NCBI GenBank assembly: GCA_002104945.1
Contig: MCFH01000074.1
Location: 62,001-126,000 of the forward strand
Direction of reading: 5' to 3'
Length of the DNA stretch: 64,000 bases
DNA from: Piromyces finnis finn
Taxonomy: Eukaryota > Fungi > Neocallimastigomycota
Part shown: positions 13,580-26,509 of the stretch, piece after piece
Numbering within the stretch: the stretch's first letter is position 1
How the letters are laid out: each line of letters starts with the position of its first letter
Translations under genes and position numbers: made by a program
Notes under the pieces: model-generated
What the model saw: the letters and a program-made list of their open reading frames with translations, nothing else
What the model was told of the DNA's origin: nothing
The model's database searches: none

Positions 13580-14617
13580 ACTAAAGATTTTATTAAATTA
13601 TGTTATGAATACCCAGAGTTTGCCTATGGCTTCTACTGGCTATTGAAAGCAAGAAGCGGATACAAGTTGGATGCTAGAGTTGCCAAAGCTGCCAAATTTG
13701 TTGATCCAGTTTGTCCTAACTACTGTCCATGTTGCAAGTGTGGTGTTCAAAGTATTAAACATTGGTTATTAGATTGTCAAACATTTAGAGATATCCGTAT
13801 TAAACATTATGATTCCATAGTCCAGCTACTAAATTTTTTCAGTCAACGTAATTCCAATAGTCCTATCAATAATAATGAAAATGTTAATATCAGTAGAGAT
13901 AGCAATAACAGTAATAGTAATAGTAACAATAGTAGTAATAACAATAGTAGTAATAGAAATAATAATATTAGTAATGATAACAATAGTGAAGATAATAATT
14001 CTAATTTAGATAGTAATTTAGTTAATGATAGTAATAGTTCTAATAATCCGGTGAATATTAATGTGTATGATTATTCTAGTGTGTGCAGTAAAATATTTAA
14101 ATTCCTTCTTGGGGGAAGAAGTTTTAACAATATTAATTACAATTCAAGGGAATGGAAAGAACTTTGTAAGCGTCAGATTCAATCTGGTACTAACGAAGGA
14201 ACACCATTCTTGACGGTAACCGCGGAACTTCTAACCAAAATCATGCCTTTTGCTATTGGCCAGCAATGGTCAATGTTCAAAAGGTTTGAAGCAACATCCA
14301 AGAGCGTCAATGCTGAAGAAACAGTAAGACAGGCCAGGAGGGCCAGCGCAACCAATGGAGATCATAATTTTGTTCCATGACAAAATTTTGATCTTTGGCT
14401 CGGTGTCCCATTGGAAGTCAAATACAATTATTATACTTTAGTATGATAGTGGCTTTCTTACTTTAATTAAAATTACTAGAATACATTATACCCAATTTTT
14501 ATTCATTTGTGTTTATTTAAACATATTTTTTTTATTTTTATTTTTATTTTTTAATTTTTTATTACATGTATTATAATTTTAATTAAATTAATAATAAAGT
14601 TTAAAATATTTGATGCC

Positions 14618-14654
<37 letters not shown>
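13580..14654 (+). mobile_element. 5'-truncated LINE copy (ORF2 C-terminus, 3' UTR, poly(A))
   Basis: Near-identical to the 3' end of the LINE at 61313-64000. CPCCKC...KHWLLDC zinc-knuckle-like motif; ends GATGCCGTT+(A)34. Confidence 0.93.
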
Positions 14655-14658
<4 letters not shown>

Positions 14659-15073
14659 AGAAAAAAAATAAAAATAATAGCAGTGTCTTTGAAAGAAAGA
14701 ATAATCTAAAAGATTAAAAGACATTAAAATTATTAAATTAATTTTTGTTCCAAATTATTGTTCATATTAAGTTTGATAATCAAATTATTCAACATTAATA
14801 TAAATTGAATATGTGAATATTTTTATATATAGATCGTCGTTTATTATAATATTGATATTGATAATAAAGGTTTTCATATATATAACTTGCTAAACTTTGA
14901 GAAATTTTTAATATAAAACTTCTTTTATTAAAGCAAAAAAAAACTTTCCAAATTATTAAAACCAATGGGCTAATGAGTTGGTACATCTATTCAAAGATTA
15001 AAAAAATTAACTTTTATTTTTCTTTTTTAAAAATTATGTAAAATATGAACATTTAGATAAAAAATTAATTTGT

Positions 15074-15155
15074 CGTCACCTGCAGGACTCGAACCTGCGC
15101 TCCCAAAGGGAAATGGCTTAGCAGGCCACCGCGTTAACCACTCCGCCAAAGTGAC
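15074..15155 (-). tRNA. tRNA-Ser(GCU)
   Basis: GTCACTT...AGGTGACG acceptor stem, CTGCTAA anticodon loop, long variable arm, GGTTCGAGTCC T-loop; 82 nt, with a T-run downstream. Confidence 0.96.
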
Positions 15156-18117
15156 TTTAAATTGCTGCCTTTTTTGTACGATCAATTCAGAAAAATTCAA
15201 GAATATAGGAATTCCACCATATAACCCTTTAATGTCATGAATATTAGTGAATTCATGATAATTTATTTAAATAATGTTTTATTCATTTAATTGATAAGAA
15301 ATAATATTTTATAAAAACATTATTTAATAATAACTTTAGAGATATTTATTAATTATAATTATTAAGATTTATATTTATTAAGGTTTAAATAATATCTCTT
15401 CATTTATTTGATGTAAATTAAAATAAAAGAAATAGTCATTCCTCCCTCAAATGATTAAAATGACTTAAGCAAGTAATTAAGAATAAATCATAAACTTAAA
15501 GTCATTATATATATATTTAATTAAATTAAAATTTTAATCATGTATTTTATAATTAATGTAACTTTATTAAATAGATTAACGATTTATTTATAGCACGAAG
15601 ACTGGGAAGAATTTAAAAAAGACACAGCCAAGATGATAGACGAAATGAACAAATTTAACGCAAAAAAAAAAAATATGAAACCTTTGGAATTAGACATATT
15701 TTTAGTTCAGAAAGTGTGTTTAACAAATAAATTGTAAAGTTTTGTAAAACACTAGATTAAACAAAACTCCAATAACACTAAATTTTGTAATACACCTTTT
15801 TATTTTATAGTTTTATTATTTTATTAAAATGTTATTAACTACTTAATAGTCAATAACAATTACAATTGTTTAAATTTACATGAAATTTCGAACTATTTAT
15901 ATTTTTTGAGATTACATTATAATATATCTAATTTATTTATATTGCTATTCAATATAAAACTATCCTTAAAAATCTTAAAATATAATAATTTAATTTCACA
16001 ATATTAAATGACAAAAATTTAAATGTAAATCCTTTTTGAAAATCCTCTAAAAGATTTTCATTAATCTTTGAACTTTATTTATTATGTGTTACACTAGGTG
16101 AAAATAATTTTGGTTCATGTAACACAATAAAAATTTTTTGTGATTGAGAAATTAGTTTTTTCCTTGAAGATTATTAAATTATTTAAATATTAATTATTTA
16201 ATAATCTTTACAATCTTCCGTCCTAAGTCGAACTTCTGCGAGACAGTTAGAAATTTCTCTTTGAGGGAAGTTCTATAACAAATGGATTGTAAGAGTGTTT
16301 AATTAAATCATCTTGAGAATTTCTGTCTGCCTTTTTTCTTCTACGCTGTTTATTAGTTTTATTAATATACTCTTGGATCAGTTGTTTGTCCGGAATCTGG
16401 TTCTGAGGGATCCAGGTACGATCAGAGTCTTCGAAGCCTTTCCAGGAAACCAAATAGAATAGGTCACCATTGATATGTTCATTGAGTGTATTTTCTCTTT
16501 TCTCAGGTACTTTTTAGATTAAATCTGGATAGGGTTAGGGGTTGGACGTGGAAAGGGAATGATTAATATCAAGAAGACCACAAAGTCTATTCCAAAACTC
16601 AGATGTAAATTGAAAACCTCGATCGGAGACAATGGAATTGGGAAAACCATGAAGTTTGAAAGCGTCTGCAGCGATAGAAGATGTAGGAAGATATCGAAGA
16701 GCGATAAAATGAGCCATTTTAGTAAGACGATCAACAACAACCATAATAGTAGTCATATCGTGAGATTCTGGTAATTCCACGATAAAGTCAATCGAGATAT
16801 CGGACCATGGTCGAGATGGTGTAGGAAGTGGAATGAGCAGGCCGTAAGATTTATGTTTAGGGACTTTGGATTTGGAACAAACTACACAAGAGCGAACAAA
16901 TTTGTAAACATCAGAATTCAAAGAAGGCCAATAGGAGGATCGTTTGATTAATTCAATAGTTTTATTGATACCAAAGTGTCCAGCAGTAATGGAATTGTGG
17001 TGGAGTTCAAGAATGCGTAAGCGAAGTGACAGAGGAGTATACAAAAGGTTTTTGTACCAAAGGAGACTAGTATCATCAAAGAGACAATACGCAGATATAT
17101 CCTTACAAGGGGATGAGCCATTACCATTAGTTAGAAAATGAGTAAATTTATTATAGAAAGAATCATTAGAAAGTTCGTTTTTAATATCTTCGACAAGAGA
17201 GAAGTTACAAGAGTCGTAAGTAGAAGAAAATTTTAAACAAGAAAACTCATAATCACGGTCAGGACTATTAGTACTGTTTAAACTTTCGATCATGTCAGGA
17301 CAACGAGATAGAAGATCAAGTTTACTAGATTTTTTTCTGGATGATAAATAAGATTGAAATTAAATTTTGATAAAACATATTCCAACGAATTTGGCGTTGA
17401 GAGAGCATTTCGGGTTTTCTAGGGAAAGTGAGGTTCCTGTGATTGGTATATATAGTGAAAGGGTGGCGGGCACCTTCAAAGTAATGACGCCATTCCTCAA
17501 GAGCTATCTTAATAGCTAAGAGTTCCTTATCATAAATAGAATAATTGTTTTGAGCCCCGGTAAGGCTTTTAGAGAGGAACGCAATAGGATGAAGTCTACC
17601 ATCAAATTCTTGAGAAAGTATTGCACCGATAGCAAAGTCAATATCATCGGTTTCAACTATGAATGGTTTGGTGTCGTCTGCATGCCTTAATATAGGAGCC
17701 GAAGTGAACATCCTTTTTAATGTATCAAATGCCAATTGTTTGTCTTTTCTCCAGTTGAAGGTAACACTTTTCCTTATAAGTTTGTGGATGGGATTGACAA
17801 TCTTCCCAAAATCTTTAATAAAAATCCTGTAATAATTGCACAGACCAATAAATGATTGAACCTCTTTGACATTCGAAGGGGCTGGCCAATCTAAAATAGC
17901 TTTAACTTTATTTTCATCCATCATTAGGCCATCTTTGGAGATAACGTAACCTAAAAAGGTAGTATGGTCAGCGTCAAATTTACATTTTTCCAATTTGACG
18001 TATAAATTATTTTCGATCAGTTTTCTTAAAACCTTTTTAACATGAATATGATGATCCTTAATATTATCCGGGTAGACAAGAATGTCGTCAATATATGAAA
18101 TTAAAAAGTTATCTAAG

Positions 18118-18895
18118 TGTAAAGATATAAGATATATCTTTAAATTATTTAATAATTAATTAATAATTGTTAATGAAAAATAATAATTATAAAACAGATT
18201 ATTATTTTTACAATAAAACACAAAAAAAATAAAAAAAATTTAAACACTAAAATTTAAATAAAAAATTTTCAATTAATATTTCTTTTTAAAAGTTATTAAC
18301 TATATAATAGTCAATAACAACTACATTTATTTAAAATTTGGAAAAGGTACATGTATTTATATTTTTTCTTATTTACATTCATTATATATACTTTTTATTC
18401 AATTATACATATATTTAATATAAAATAAGCAAAACTAATTTAATACAAATTTAAATCAATAATAAAATAACAAAGCTATACTAAAACTAATTAAATACAC
18501 TTTTGATTCAATTTAAGTAAACTACAAATTGAATACAATCCATGTATTACCTATATATTAATTAAATATTAATAATACTATTTATTTTATATTTACTATT
18601 AAAAATGCTAATTTAAAACTACGCTAAAGTTATTAAACTAATTTTAATTAAATAAAAACTTTTTAAGATTTAATTTGAATATTTAAAATATTTGAATTTA
18701 ATTATCCATTAATTTAAATATTTATCCAATTTTAATTTCTAACTTTGATATTTTAAAATTTATCTTTATTTAATTATTCCATAAAATTTATATAATAAAT
18801 TTTATAAATAATTTTTCATTAAAATATCAAAATTATTATTTAATAATTATTAATAAATTATTAAATAATTTAAAGATATGTTTTATATCTTTATA
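18118..18895. mobile_element. Composite of a (+) LTR start (18118-18173) and a (-) type-A LTR (18174-18895) at the RT deletion breakpoint
   Basis: TGTAAAGATATAAGATATATCTTTA at the left, ...TATATCTTTATA at the right. Flanks CTAAG/CTGAA are not a TSD. Confidence 0.75.
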
Positions 18896-19728
18896 CTGAA
18901 TGAATTAACCAAATTAGTTATTTTTATTCCATTCTTCTTAGCAAAGTTTGGATCGATAAAGTTAAGTTCCGAGCCCGAGTCAATTAATACTCTAGCTCTC
19001 ACTTCTTGATTATAGTTTGTGCTTATATAAAAATAAAAATTATCCTTGTTGCTTTTCCGAGTAACTAGAACTTCATACACTTTCTTCTCATTAGTATTAG
19101 AAGATTCTTTAACAATTCTAAAAGCTTTTTTCAGTTTAATTCGGTTAGAAAAATTAAATTTAAGATGACCAGGCTACTTACAAGCGAAACAAAGACCCTT
19201 TTTCCGTTCTTTTGCAAATTCATCTTCTTCTATATAGTTGTTGAACTTCCCGACATAGAGTTTTCTTTTGTTGGACCTCGATATTTTATATACATCAACT
19301 TCCATTGGATCATTATTTCTTCCTGTGTAAAATTTCTCGGAAATTACATTTTTCTTAATTAAATTTTCCACAATAATTGTTGAAGCTATAAGGCGTTCTA
19401 AAGAAGGAGGATCAGGTTCTATAAAAGTAAGTTTTTCTTTAATACTAGGATGTAATCCTTTAAGAAACATAAAAATGAGTGCATTATCATTGAAGTTGGA
19501 GTTTTGACTTATCCTTTGGAATTCTGAAATATATCCAGAAACGTTGCCTGATTGTGTCTAACTTGCCGTTAGCAATAATAGACTCGTAGCAGTATTCTCC
19601 GAAAGTATTTTTTAAAAGGTTAATGAAGTCTTGATAGGTGTTAAGGATTGGATTTCTTGTTCTGAGGAGATTTGAGGCCCAATCTAAAGGTTTTCCAATG
19701 AAATAGGATATGATATAATCTACCTTGA

Positions 19729-21067
19729 TATAAAGATATAAAATATATCTTTAAATTATTTAGTAATTAATAATTATTAAATAAAGATTAATTTTAAAAT
19801 ATCAAAGTTAAGAATGAATTTTGGATAAATATTCAAATTAAATATTAAAAGTTTTTATTTAATTAAAATTAGTTTAATAACTTTAGCGTAGTTTTAAATT
19901 AACATTTTTTAATAGTAAATATATAATGAATAGTATTATTAATATTTAATTAATATATAGGTAATACATGAACTGTATTCAATTTGTAGTTTACTCAAAT
20001 TGAATCAAAAGTGTATTTAATTAGTTTTAGTTTAGTTTTATTATTTTATTATTTAATTAAATTAGTATTAAATTAGTTTTGTTTATTTTCTATTGAATAT
20101 ATGTATAATTAAATAGAATAGTATATTAAAATTGTAAAAGTTTATAAAAAAACAGATTATAAAATTTTACAATAAAACATAAAACACGAAATAAATAAAA
20201 AGAAACAAGAAAAACAAAATCTATTTAAAAATATCTCTTTTATTAATTTTATTTAGTTATTAACTAAATAATAGTCAATAACAATTACATCGTTTTAATC
20301 AAGAAATTTTACATGTATTTATATTTTTTGTAAATTATATTTTAATATACTATTCTATTTAATTATACATATATTCAATATAAAATAAACAAAACTAATT
20401 TAATACTAATTTAATTAAATAATAAAATAATAAAACTAAACTAAAACTAATTAAATACACTTTTGATTCAATTTGAGTAAACTGCAAATTGAATACAGTC
20501 CATGTATTACCTATATATTAATTAAATATTAATAATACTATTTATTATATATTTATAATTAAAAATGCTAATTTAAAACTACGCTAAAGTTATTAAACTA
20601 ATTTTAATTAAATAAAAACTTTTTAAGATTTAATTTGAATATTTAAAATATTTAAATTTAATTATCCATTAATTTAAATATTTATCCAAATTTCATTTCT
20701 AACTTTGATATTTTAAAATTAATATTTATTTAATTATTCCATAAAATTTATACAATAAATTTTATAAACAATTTTTTCATTAAAATATCAAAATTATTAT
20801 TCAATAATTATTAATTAATTATTAAATAATTTAAAGATATACTTTATATCTTTACAAAAATATATTTTACAAAAAATATAAATACATGTAAAATTTCGTA
20901 ATTAAAGCAATGTAATTGTTATTGACTATAATTTAGTTAAGAACTAAATAATATTAATAAAAAGAAGTTTTAAAAGATATTTTTTTTATTTTTCTATTTT
21001 TTTATTTTTTGTGTTTTTGTTTTATTGTAAAATTATATAATCTGTTTTAGAGTATAAAACTTTTACA
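19729..21067 (+). mobile_element. Solo type-A LTR in gag (TSD CTTGA) containing a nested inverted solo type-A LTR
   Basis: CTTGA at 19724-19728 and 21068-21072. Removing the insert restores gag ...NNDRVK|VDYIISYFIGKPLDW. Confidence 0.9.
20133..20856 (-). mobile_element. Solo type-A LTR (724 bp), TSD AAAAT
   Basis: TGTAAAG...TTTTACA termini; AAAAT at 20128-20132 and 20857-20861. Confidence 0.9.
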
Positions 21068-21986
21068 CTTGACTCTATCATTATTGTATGTTGTAGGACG
21101 GTTTCTAAAAATAAGTTCAACGCTAGTAAGGAATCCATCTTATTCCTTCTTCTTTCCGATAAAAAAAGGCGGTAGGTTTAATACATTTTGGTTGTTCATT
21201 TCTTGTAGCGTTAACAACCTTAATCTATTTTCTAATTCTTCCACTTTTGTTTTTTAATGCTTATTTCTGATTTGTAATATTTCTTGCAATTGGCGTTGAC
21301 TGGGTTTCTATCAGTTACACTCTGTACGTCAAGGTCTTTTATATTACAAAAAAATGTTCTATATTTTAATTGGGTTCTGAGTTTTTTCTTCTGATGGTAG
21401 CTTCTAAGTTTCGTTTAACGTAGTGTATATTTTTATTATCGGTAATTGTTATTGTAAAGTTTTGTAAAACACTAGATTAAACAAAACTCCAATAACACTA
21501 TATTTTGTAATACACTTTTTTAATTTATTATTTTATTAAATTGTTATTAACTACTTAATAGTTAATAACAATTACAATTGTTTAAATTTACATGAAATTT
21601 CGAACTATTTATATTTTTTGAGATTATATTATAATATATCTAATTTATTTATATTGCTATACAATATAAAACTATCCTTAAAAATCTTAAAATATAATAA
21701 TTTAATTTCCCAATATTAAATGACAAAAATTTTAATGTAAATCCTTTTTGAAAATCCTCTAAAAGATTTTCATAAATTTTTGAACTTTATTTATTATGAA
21801 TTTAATGTGTTACACTAAGTGAAAAATAACTTTGGTTTACATAATACAATAGAATTTTTTGTGATTGTGAAATTAGTTTTTTCTCTTGAATATTATTAAA
21901 TAAATTATTTAAATATTAATTATTTAATAATTTTTATAAATGAAATTTCTCAATTTAAATCCTTAGTTTTAGTATTATTTTTTAAT

Positions 21987-22462
21987 TGTAACGTTGACAC
22001 TGAAGGAATAAATTAGGTTATCCATTCTATTACAATAACACATAAAAATTAAAAGTAGAAATAAAAAATTTGTTTTATAAAAATATCTTTTATTATAATA
22101 GAATTTTATTAATAACAATTACATCGATAAAATGATGAAAAATATCTTTTATTTATATTTTTCCTTAATACATTTATATTATATTATAGCTATTTATTCA
22201 CCACATATTATTATTTAAAACCTACACTAAAATTTAAACTAATAATAAAATATTTAAACTATAGCCTATTTTGGTAAAATACAATTGGTAATTAAAATTA
22301 AGTACTATTCAATTTGAATATGTGCCTATGTATTATTGATATATTAATCATTTAATAATAATATACTAATTATCTATTTCTATTAAAAAACAATACTAAA
22401 ACTAGGGATTTAAATTGAGAAATTTAATTTATTTAAACTTTAAAAATAAATTAATATATTAG
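21987..22462 (-). mobile_element. Partial type-C LTR (U5/R/part of U3)
   Basis: Similar to 53570-54040 in the same orientation. Confidence 0.8.
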
Positions 22463-22661
22463 ATCCAACCCCAATACTAAACGCTATAATAATTTTCTAA
22501 ATATAATGAGAAAAAGGTCACCAAGAAGCTAGCGTCCGAAGAAGTAAGATAGAAAAGACTGAAAAGGGGGACAAATGGTCATTGATACAATAACCACCAG
22601 CAAATGATGTATTCCTAAAGTCAGAGAATGTCAATGTCGAAAACATTAAACGGAAAAAGGA

Positions 22662-23330
22662 GTGTAAAATAATAAATTTAAAACAAATTATTATTTTTAC
22701 AATAAAACACAAAAAATATAAAAAAATTAAACACTAAAATTAATAAATAAAAATTTCAATTAATATTTCTTCTTAAAGGTTATTAACTAGATAAGAGTCA
22801 ATAACAACTACGTTTATTTAAAATTTGGAAAAAATACATGTATTTATATGTTTTTTCATTTACATTCATTATATATATTTGTAACGAAATATTATAATAA
22901 TAAACACACTAAAATATGTAACTAATATTTTTTTTAATTATTTTTTATTTATTAAATTTATTATTATAATACAACTAACTTACTAGGTCAGTGTATTATC
23001 AAACTAAAGACAAAACAAAAAAAACTAATTTTATTATTTATTAATAAAAACACTAAAGAGCTATCTTATTTTTCGTATTCTCTTTTATACATGAAAAATA
23101 ATTTTTTAATACAATTTAATAAGTGAACTAATTAATGATTGGTTATAAAAAAATATAATAATAATAATTTCTTTCATTAATCTAACCCTTATCACTAGAT
23201 ATACTTCGTTACAATATTTTTCACTCAATTATACATATATTTAATATAAAATAAACAAAACTAATTTAATACAAATTTAAATAAAGAATAAAATAATAAA
23301 ACTAAACTAAAACAAATTAAATACATTAAT
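22662..23330 (-). mobile_element. Partial type-A LTR interrupted by a type-E solo LTR
   Basis: Similar to 18174-18480; right boundary approximate. Confidence 0.7.
22880..23213. mobile_element. Solo LTR type E (334 bp), TSD ATATT
   Basis: TGTAACGAA...TTCGTTACA termini; ATATT at 22875-22879 and 23214-23218. Confidence 0.85.
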
Positions 23331-23447
23331 TAATTAATATATATTAATGTATTTTATTTATAAAAATAACCAAAAAGTTAATAAAACATAATTAAAATTG
23401 TGAAGTTGATCATAATTATTGAAGTTGGTGTTTAATAATATTTAACA

Positions 23448-23880
23448 GATTAAGAGTCTCAGTAAGATTCTCAATGTTGCAACTAAGTAATAAGTAAATA
23501 CTGAATACAACACAATACAACCTAACTGAAAAAAAGTTTAAAAAAAAGTAATTTCAAGATTTCAAAAATTGAAATTTTAAATTTTAAAGTTTTAAAAAAA
23601 AAATAAATTCAAAATAAAGAAAAAAAACATAATTTAAAATGGACAACAAAAATTTCATTAACACCAAAGAAGAGCTTACTGGTGTTAACTGCAAGATATG
23701 GGCAGAAGACATGAAGATAATTTTAAAGGCCCAACCAGTACATCAGCTCCGAAAAACTAAAGAAAATAAAGAAGTCTGAAATAAAAGAAGCTGACCTAAA
23801 ATATCACGTACAAGTGGAAGAAAATCCACTCATGTATTACAGCAGTGACAATGTGACTAAAGATATGACCTCAGAAGATA
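23448..23880 (+). mobile_element. Copia 5' relic: PBS (23448-23461) and degenerate gag start at 23639
   Basis: ...TTTAACA|GATTAAGAGTCTCA followed by MDNKNFINTKEELTGVNCKIWAEDMKIILKAQ (copia gag N-terminal LxGxNxxxWxxxM pattern). Confidence 0.7.
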
Positions 23881-23900
23881 CATAAACCAGATTATTTCTC

Positions 23901-23956
23901 AGTCACTATAAATGATAAGTTTAGGTTAAAACCTAAACTTATCATTTATAGTGACT
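23901..23956. repeat. Perfect 27-bp inverted repeat with 2-nt spacer
   Basis: AGTCACTATAAATGATAAGTTTAGGTT-aa-AACCTAAACTTATCATTTATAGTGACT. Confidence 0.95.
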
Positions 23957-24086
23957 TTAATATAACTTTTAAAAAATTAACATAATTATAGAGGTTAGAA
24001 CAATAATTTAGCATTATTGATAAATATATTGTTATATCTTTTTAAAAAGCACTATACTCTTTCCATATTATTAAAAATTAATAAAC

Positions 24087-25391
24087 ATGGCTGTTATGTT
24101 AAAAGAAAAAATAGATGAATTAATAGAATTCATTAAATGTTGTATTGATAATAATACTCAAGCATTTGAAAAAAAATTAAATGAAAGTAATTATAATAAA
24201 TTTAGAATGAAATTGAACCAAGATAATAAGTTTGACGTTCTTACTTGTGCTATAGGAACTGTCGAAAAAGAAAAAGAAAATACAAAAAATATAATTTTAT
24301 GCATTATCAGGTATTTTGATTATAAAGAATTAAACTATACATTTAAAATAGATGGCGATGTTAAAATACCATTATTTGATGCAATGATAAAAGAACAATT
24401 TTTATTGGCATATTCCTTAATGAGAATGGGTGCTAATACAAATTATGTAAATAACGAAGGGGTAAATTTGATATCCTTAATTCAAAAATATTATAGAGAA
24501 AGTTGATATAGTTAAAATATTAAAATTTTTAGAAAACTTTGATAATGAAAATTTAGATAAAAATATTGAAAGTTTTATTATAATGTTGATTGAAAGCAAA
24601 AATGGAGAAATGTTAAAGCGTGTTTTAAATTATAAATTAAAAGATAAAAATTTCATTTATATCATTAAATTTTTAACTTGTTTTAAATACAGGATTCCTT
24701 TAACAAATAATCAAATTTATGAATTAAAATACGGTGAAAAAACAGATATTAATCTTACTGAAAAAATCTATAACCGTACTTTTAATTATGAAAAATTTAA
24801 TTGTGAATATAAGAATATCGACAAAAAAGTTGATTCTTACGATTACCCAACTATTAGCATATTAATAAAATATGCCAAAAGAAGTTCAAGTGAAATCATG
24901 AAAATATTATGAATAAATTGAAATTTTATAAATATATTATTGGCGATGTATCTTATACACGTCGAATTGAAAATAATTTAAATTTATTAGAATATATTAT
25001 AAAACATAATTTTGAAAATTATAACATTTCATTTATTGAAAACATATTATACTATGTAGCAAATTCATCTAAAATATGGATAATTGAAATGTTATTAAAA
25101 TTTTTAAAAATGAGTGAAAATGTTGTTAAAAATATTAGTTTTTATAACCTTTTACTTTTTTATGCCGAAAATAAAAAATATTCATTTATAGATTGTATTT
25201 TAAAATCACTTTTTTTTTCTTATAATGGCAATTATTATATAAATTATGATACTATATTATTAAAAATTATTGACAGTATGGATAAAAATCATTTACATAA
25301 TAAATATTTTGAAAATATTATTGAAACAATTGTAAATGAATATCCAGATGATACTGTCAAATTTGATTATTATAAATTCAGTATATTATAA
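24087..25391 (+). pseudogene. Frameshifted intronless ankyrin-repeat-like gene
   Basis: Three consecutive ORFs linked by single frameshifts (near 24500 and 24910). Ankyrin-like IPLFDAM...LMRMGANTNYVNNEG. Sequencing error in homopolymers cannot be excluded. Confidence 0.55.
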
Positions 25392-25472
25392 CAAATATAC
25401 TAATATTTTAAGAATGCTTATTAATGTTTTAAATAAGCAAAAAAAATTAAAAATTATTAATAATATAAATAT

Positions 25473-26330
25473 TCAAGATTTATTAATAGTGTTATAACTA
25501 TTATTATTATAGTTATTGTTATTGTAATTCATTCTGAGATTTTTGTTAGTTCTCGCATTGTATATGCAATCTTGGGTTCGGTACAAATTGGGTTTGTTGC
25601 ATATATGGCAGAAGACCTTGACCCTAACCCTTTTATTATGTTTATGTTTATATTGATTATTGTACGAATTTATTTTGGGTCCTTTCTTCAAATCGACATA
25701 ATCTAGGTCCATAAAGTCATCTCTTTGTTTAACTGGATCTTGAACCTTTTCATCTTCTATGGATTTTACAAAGTTAATCTTGTTCCTGATGTTTTCATAA
25801 TATTCATCAGGATTTGTATCTTTCTGAGGAATAAAGGAGAATTTAAGCTCTCTTGGTAGAGTTTTATACATGTACTAAGCTTTTTCAGTATCTCCTAAGT
25901 AGCAGTTTGCGTTTTCCATGTTTATGAAGATACTTCTCATGTGTGTTAACACTTTGACAGTATCTTCTATACCCTTGACCCTTTACCTTTTGAGTTCACT
26001 AATCCACTTCTCGGCGCGAAGGTTGTTGTTGTCCTCATCCAGAGCTTTCAGAATTTGTATAATTTCGAACGGATTGTCAATATTTGCAATATATTGATAG
26101 TATTTTCTATCAATTGCATTTAAGACAATGTTCGTACCAATGGCATTTTTCTTTATAAGCTCCCTATTCTCAGGTTCTGTAGCTAGAACATTTTTGCCTA
26201 GGAAGCCAACGATATCGTTTTCAATAAATACGTTGGTAATTAATTTTAACCAAATGTTAAAATCTCTACCATCATATTTAAAGATGTTGTCAGCAGCTGA
26301 GGTCTTCATTTCGGATTGAGACTCTTAATC
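25473..26330 (-). mobile_element. Copia gag relic with PBS 26317-26330
   Basis: ...CTTATCA|GATTAAGAGTCTCA, ATG at 26309 (KYDGRDFNIWLKLI...NPFEIIQILKAL), in-frame stop near 25983, degenerate CHIC knuckle. Confidence 0.8.
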
Positions 26331-26509
26331 TGATAAGTTTAGGTTTTAATATAACTTTATTTATTAAATAAAATTTTATTAAAGGTAATTACAAGGCTTA
26401 ATAATTTTTACATTATTATTTTATATCTTAATTTGTGGCGTTACATACTTTATATCAAGTATGTGGCTTAACTTGTATTTATTCTATTTTATATTAAATT
26501 ATTCTAAGT

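Larger units (their letters stand above)
15733..21938 (-). mobile_element. Degenerate chromoviral Ty3/gypsy element with paired type-D LTRs (15733-16212, 21453-21938)
   Basis: In order: PBS 21442-21452, gag, protease (VLIDSGSELNFI), RT/RNase H (17325-18117), integrase (16535-17293), chromodomain (YLVSWKGFEDSDRTWIP), PPT AGGACGGAAGAT 16213-16224. Carries stops, frameshifts, an internal deletion and nested LTRs. Confidence 0.9.

Noticed and set aside
14311-14325. CTGAAGA...GAAAC as a hammerhead ribozyme core in the LINE/SINE motif
   Set aside because: CUGANGA runs directly into AAC with no stem II/GAAA, and no stems I or III could be built.
15074-16212. Ty3-like targeting of gypsy insertion to tRNA genes
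   Set aside because: The nearest LTR is ~580 bp from the tRNA, and the other two tRNA copies have no adjacent gypsy insertion.
18118-18895. AT-rich elements with long TGTAAAGAT terminal inverted repeats read as a MITE family
   Set aside because: Complete copies have asymmetric TG...CA ends and 5-bp TSDs, and abut PPT/PBS in full elements, so they are LTRs. The apparent TIRs arise from inverted nesting.
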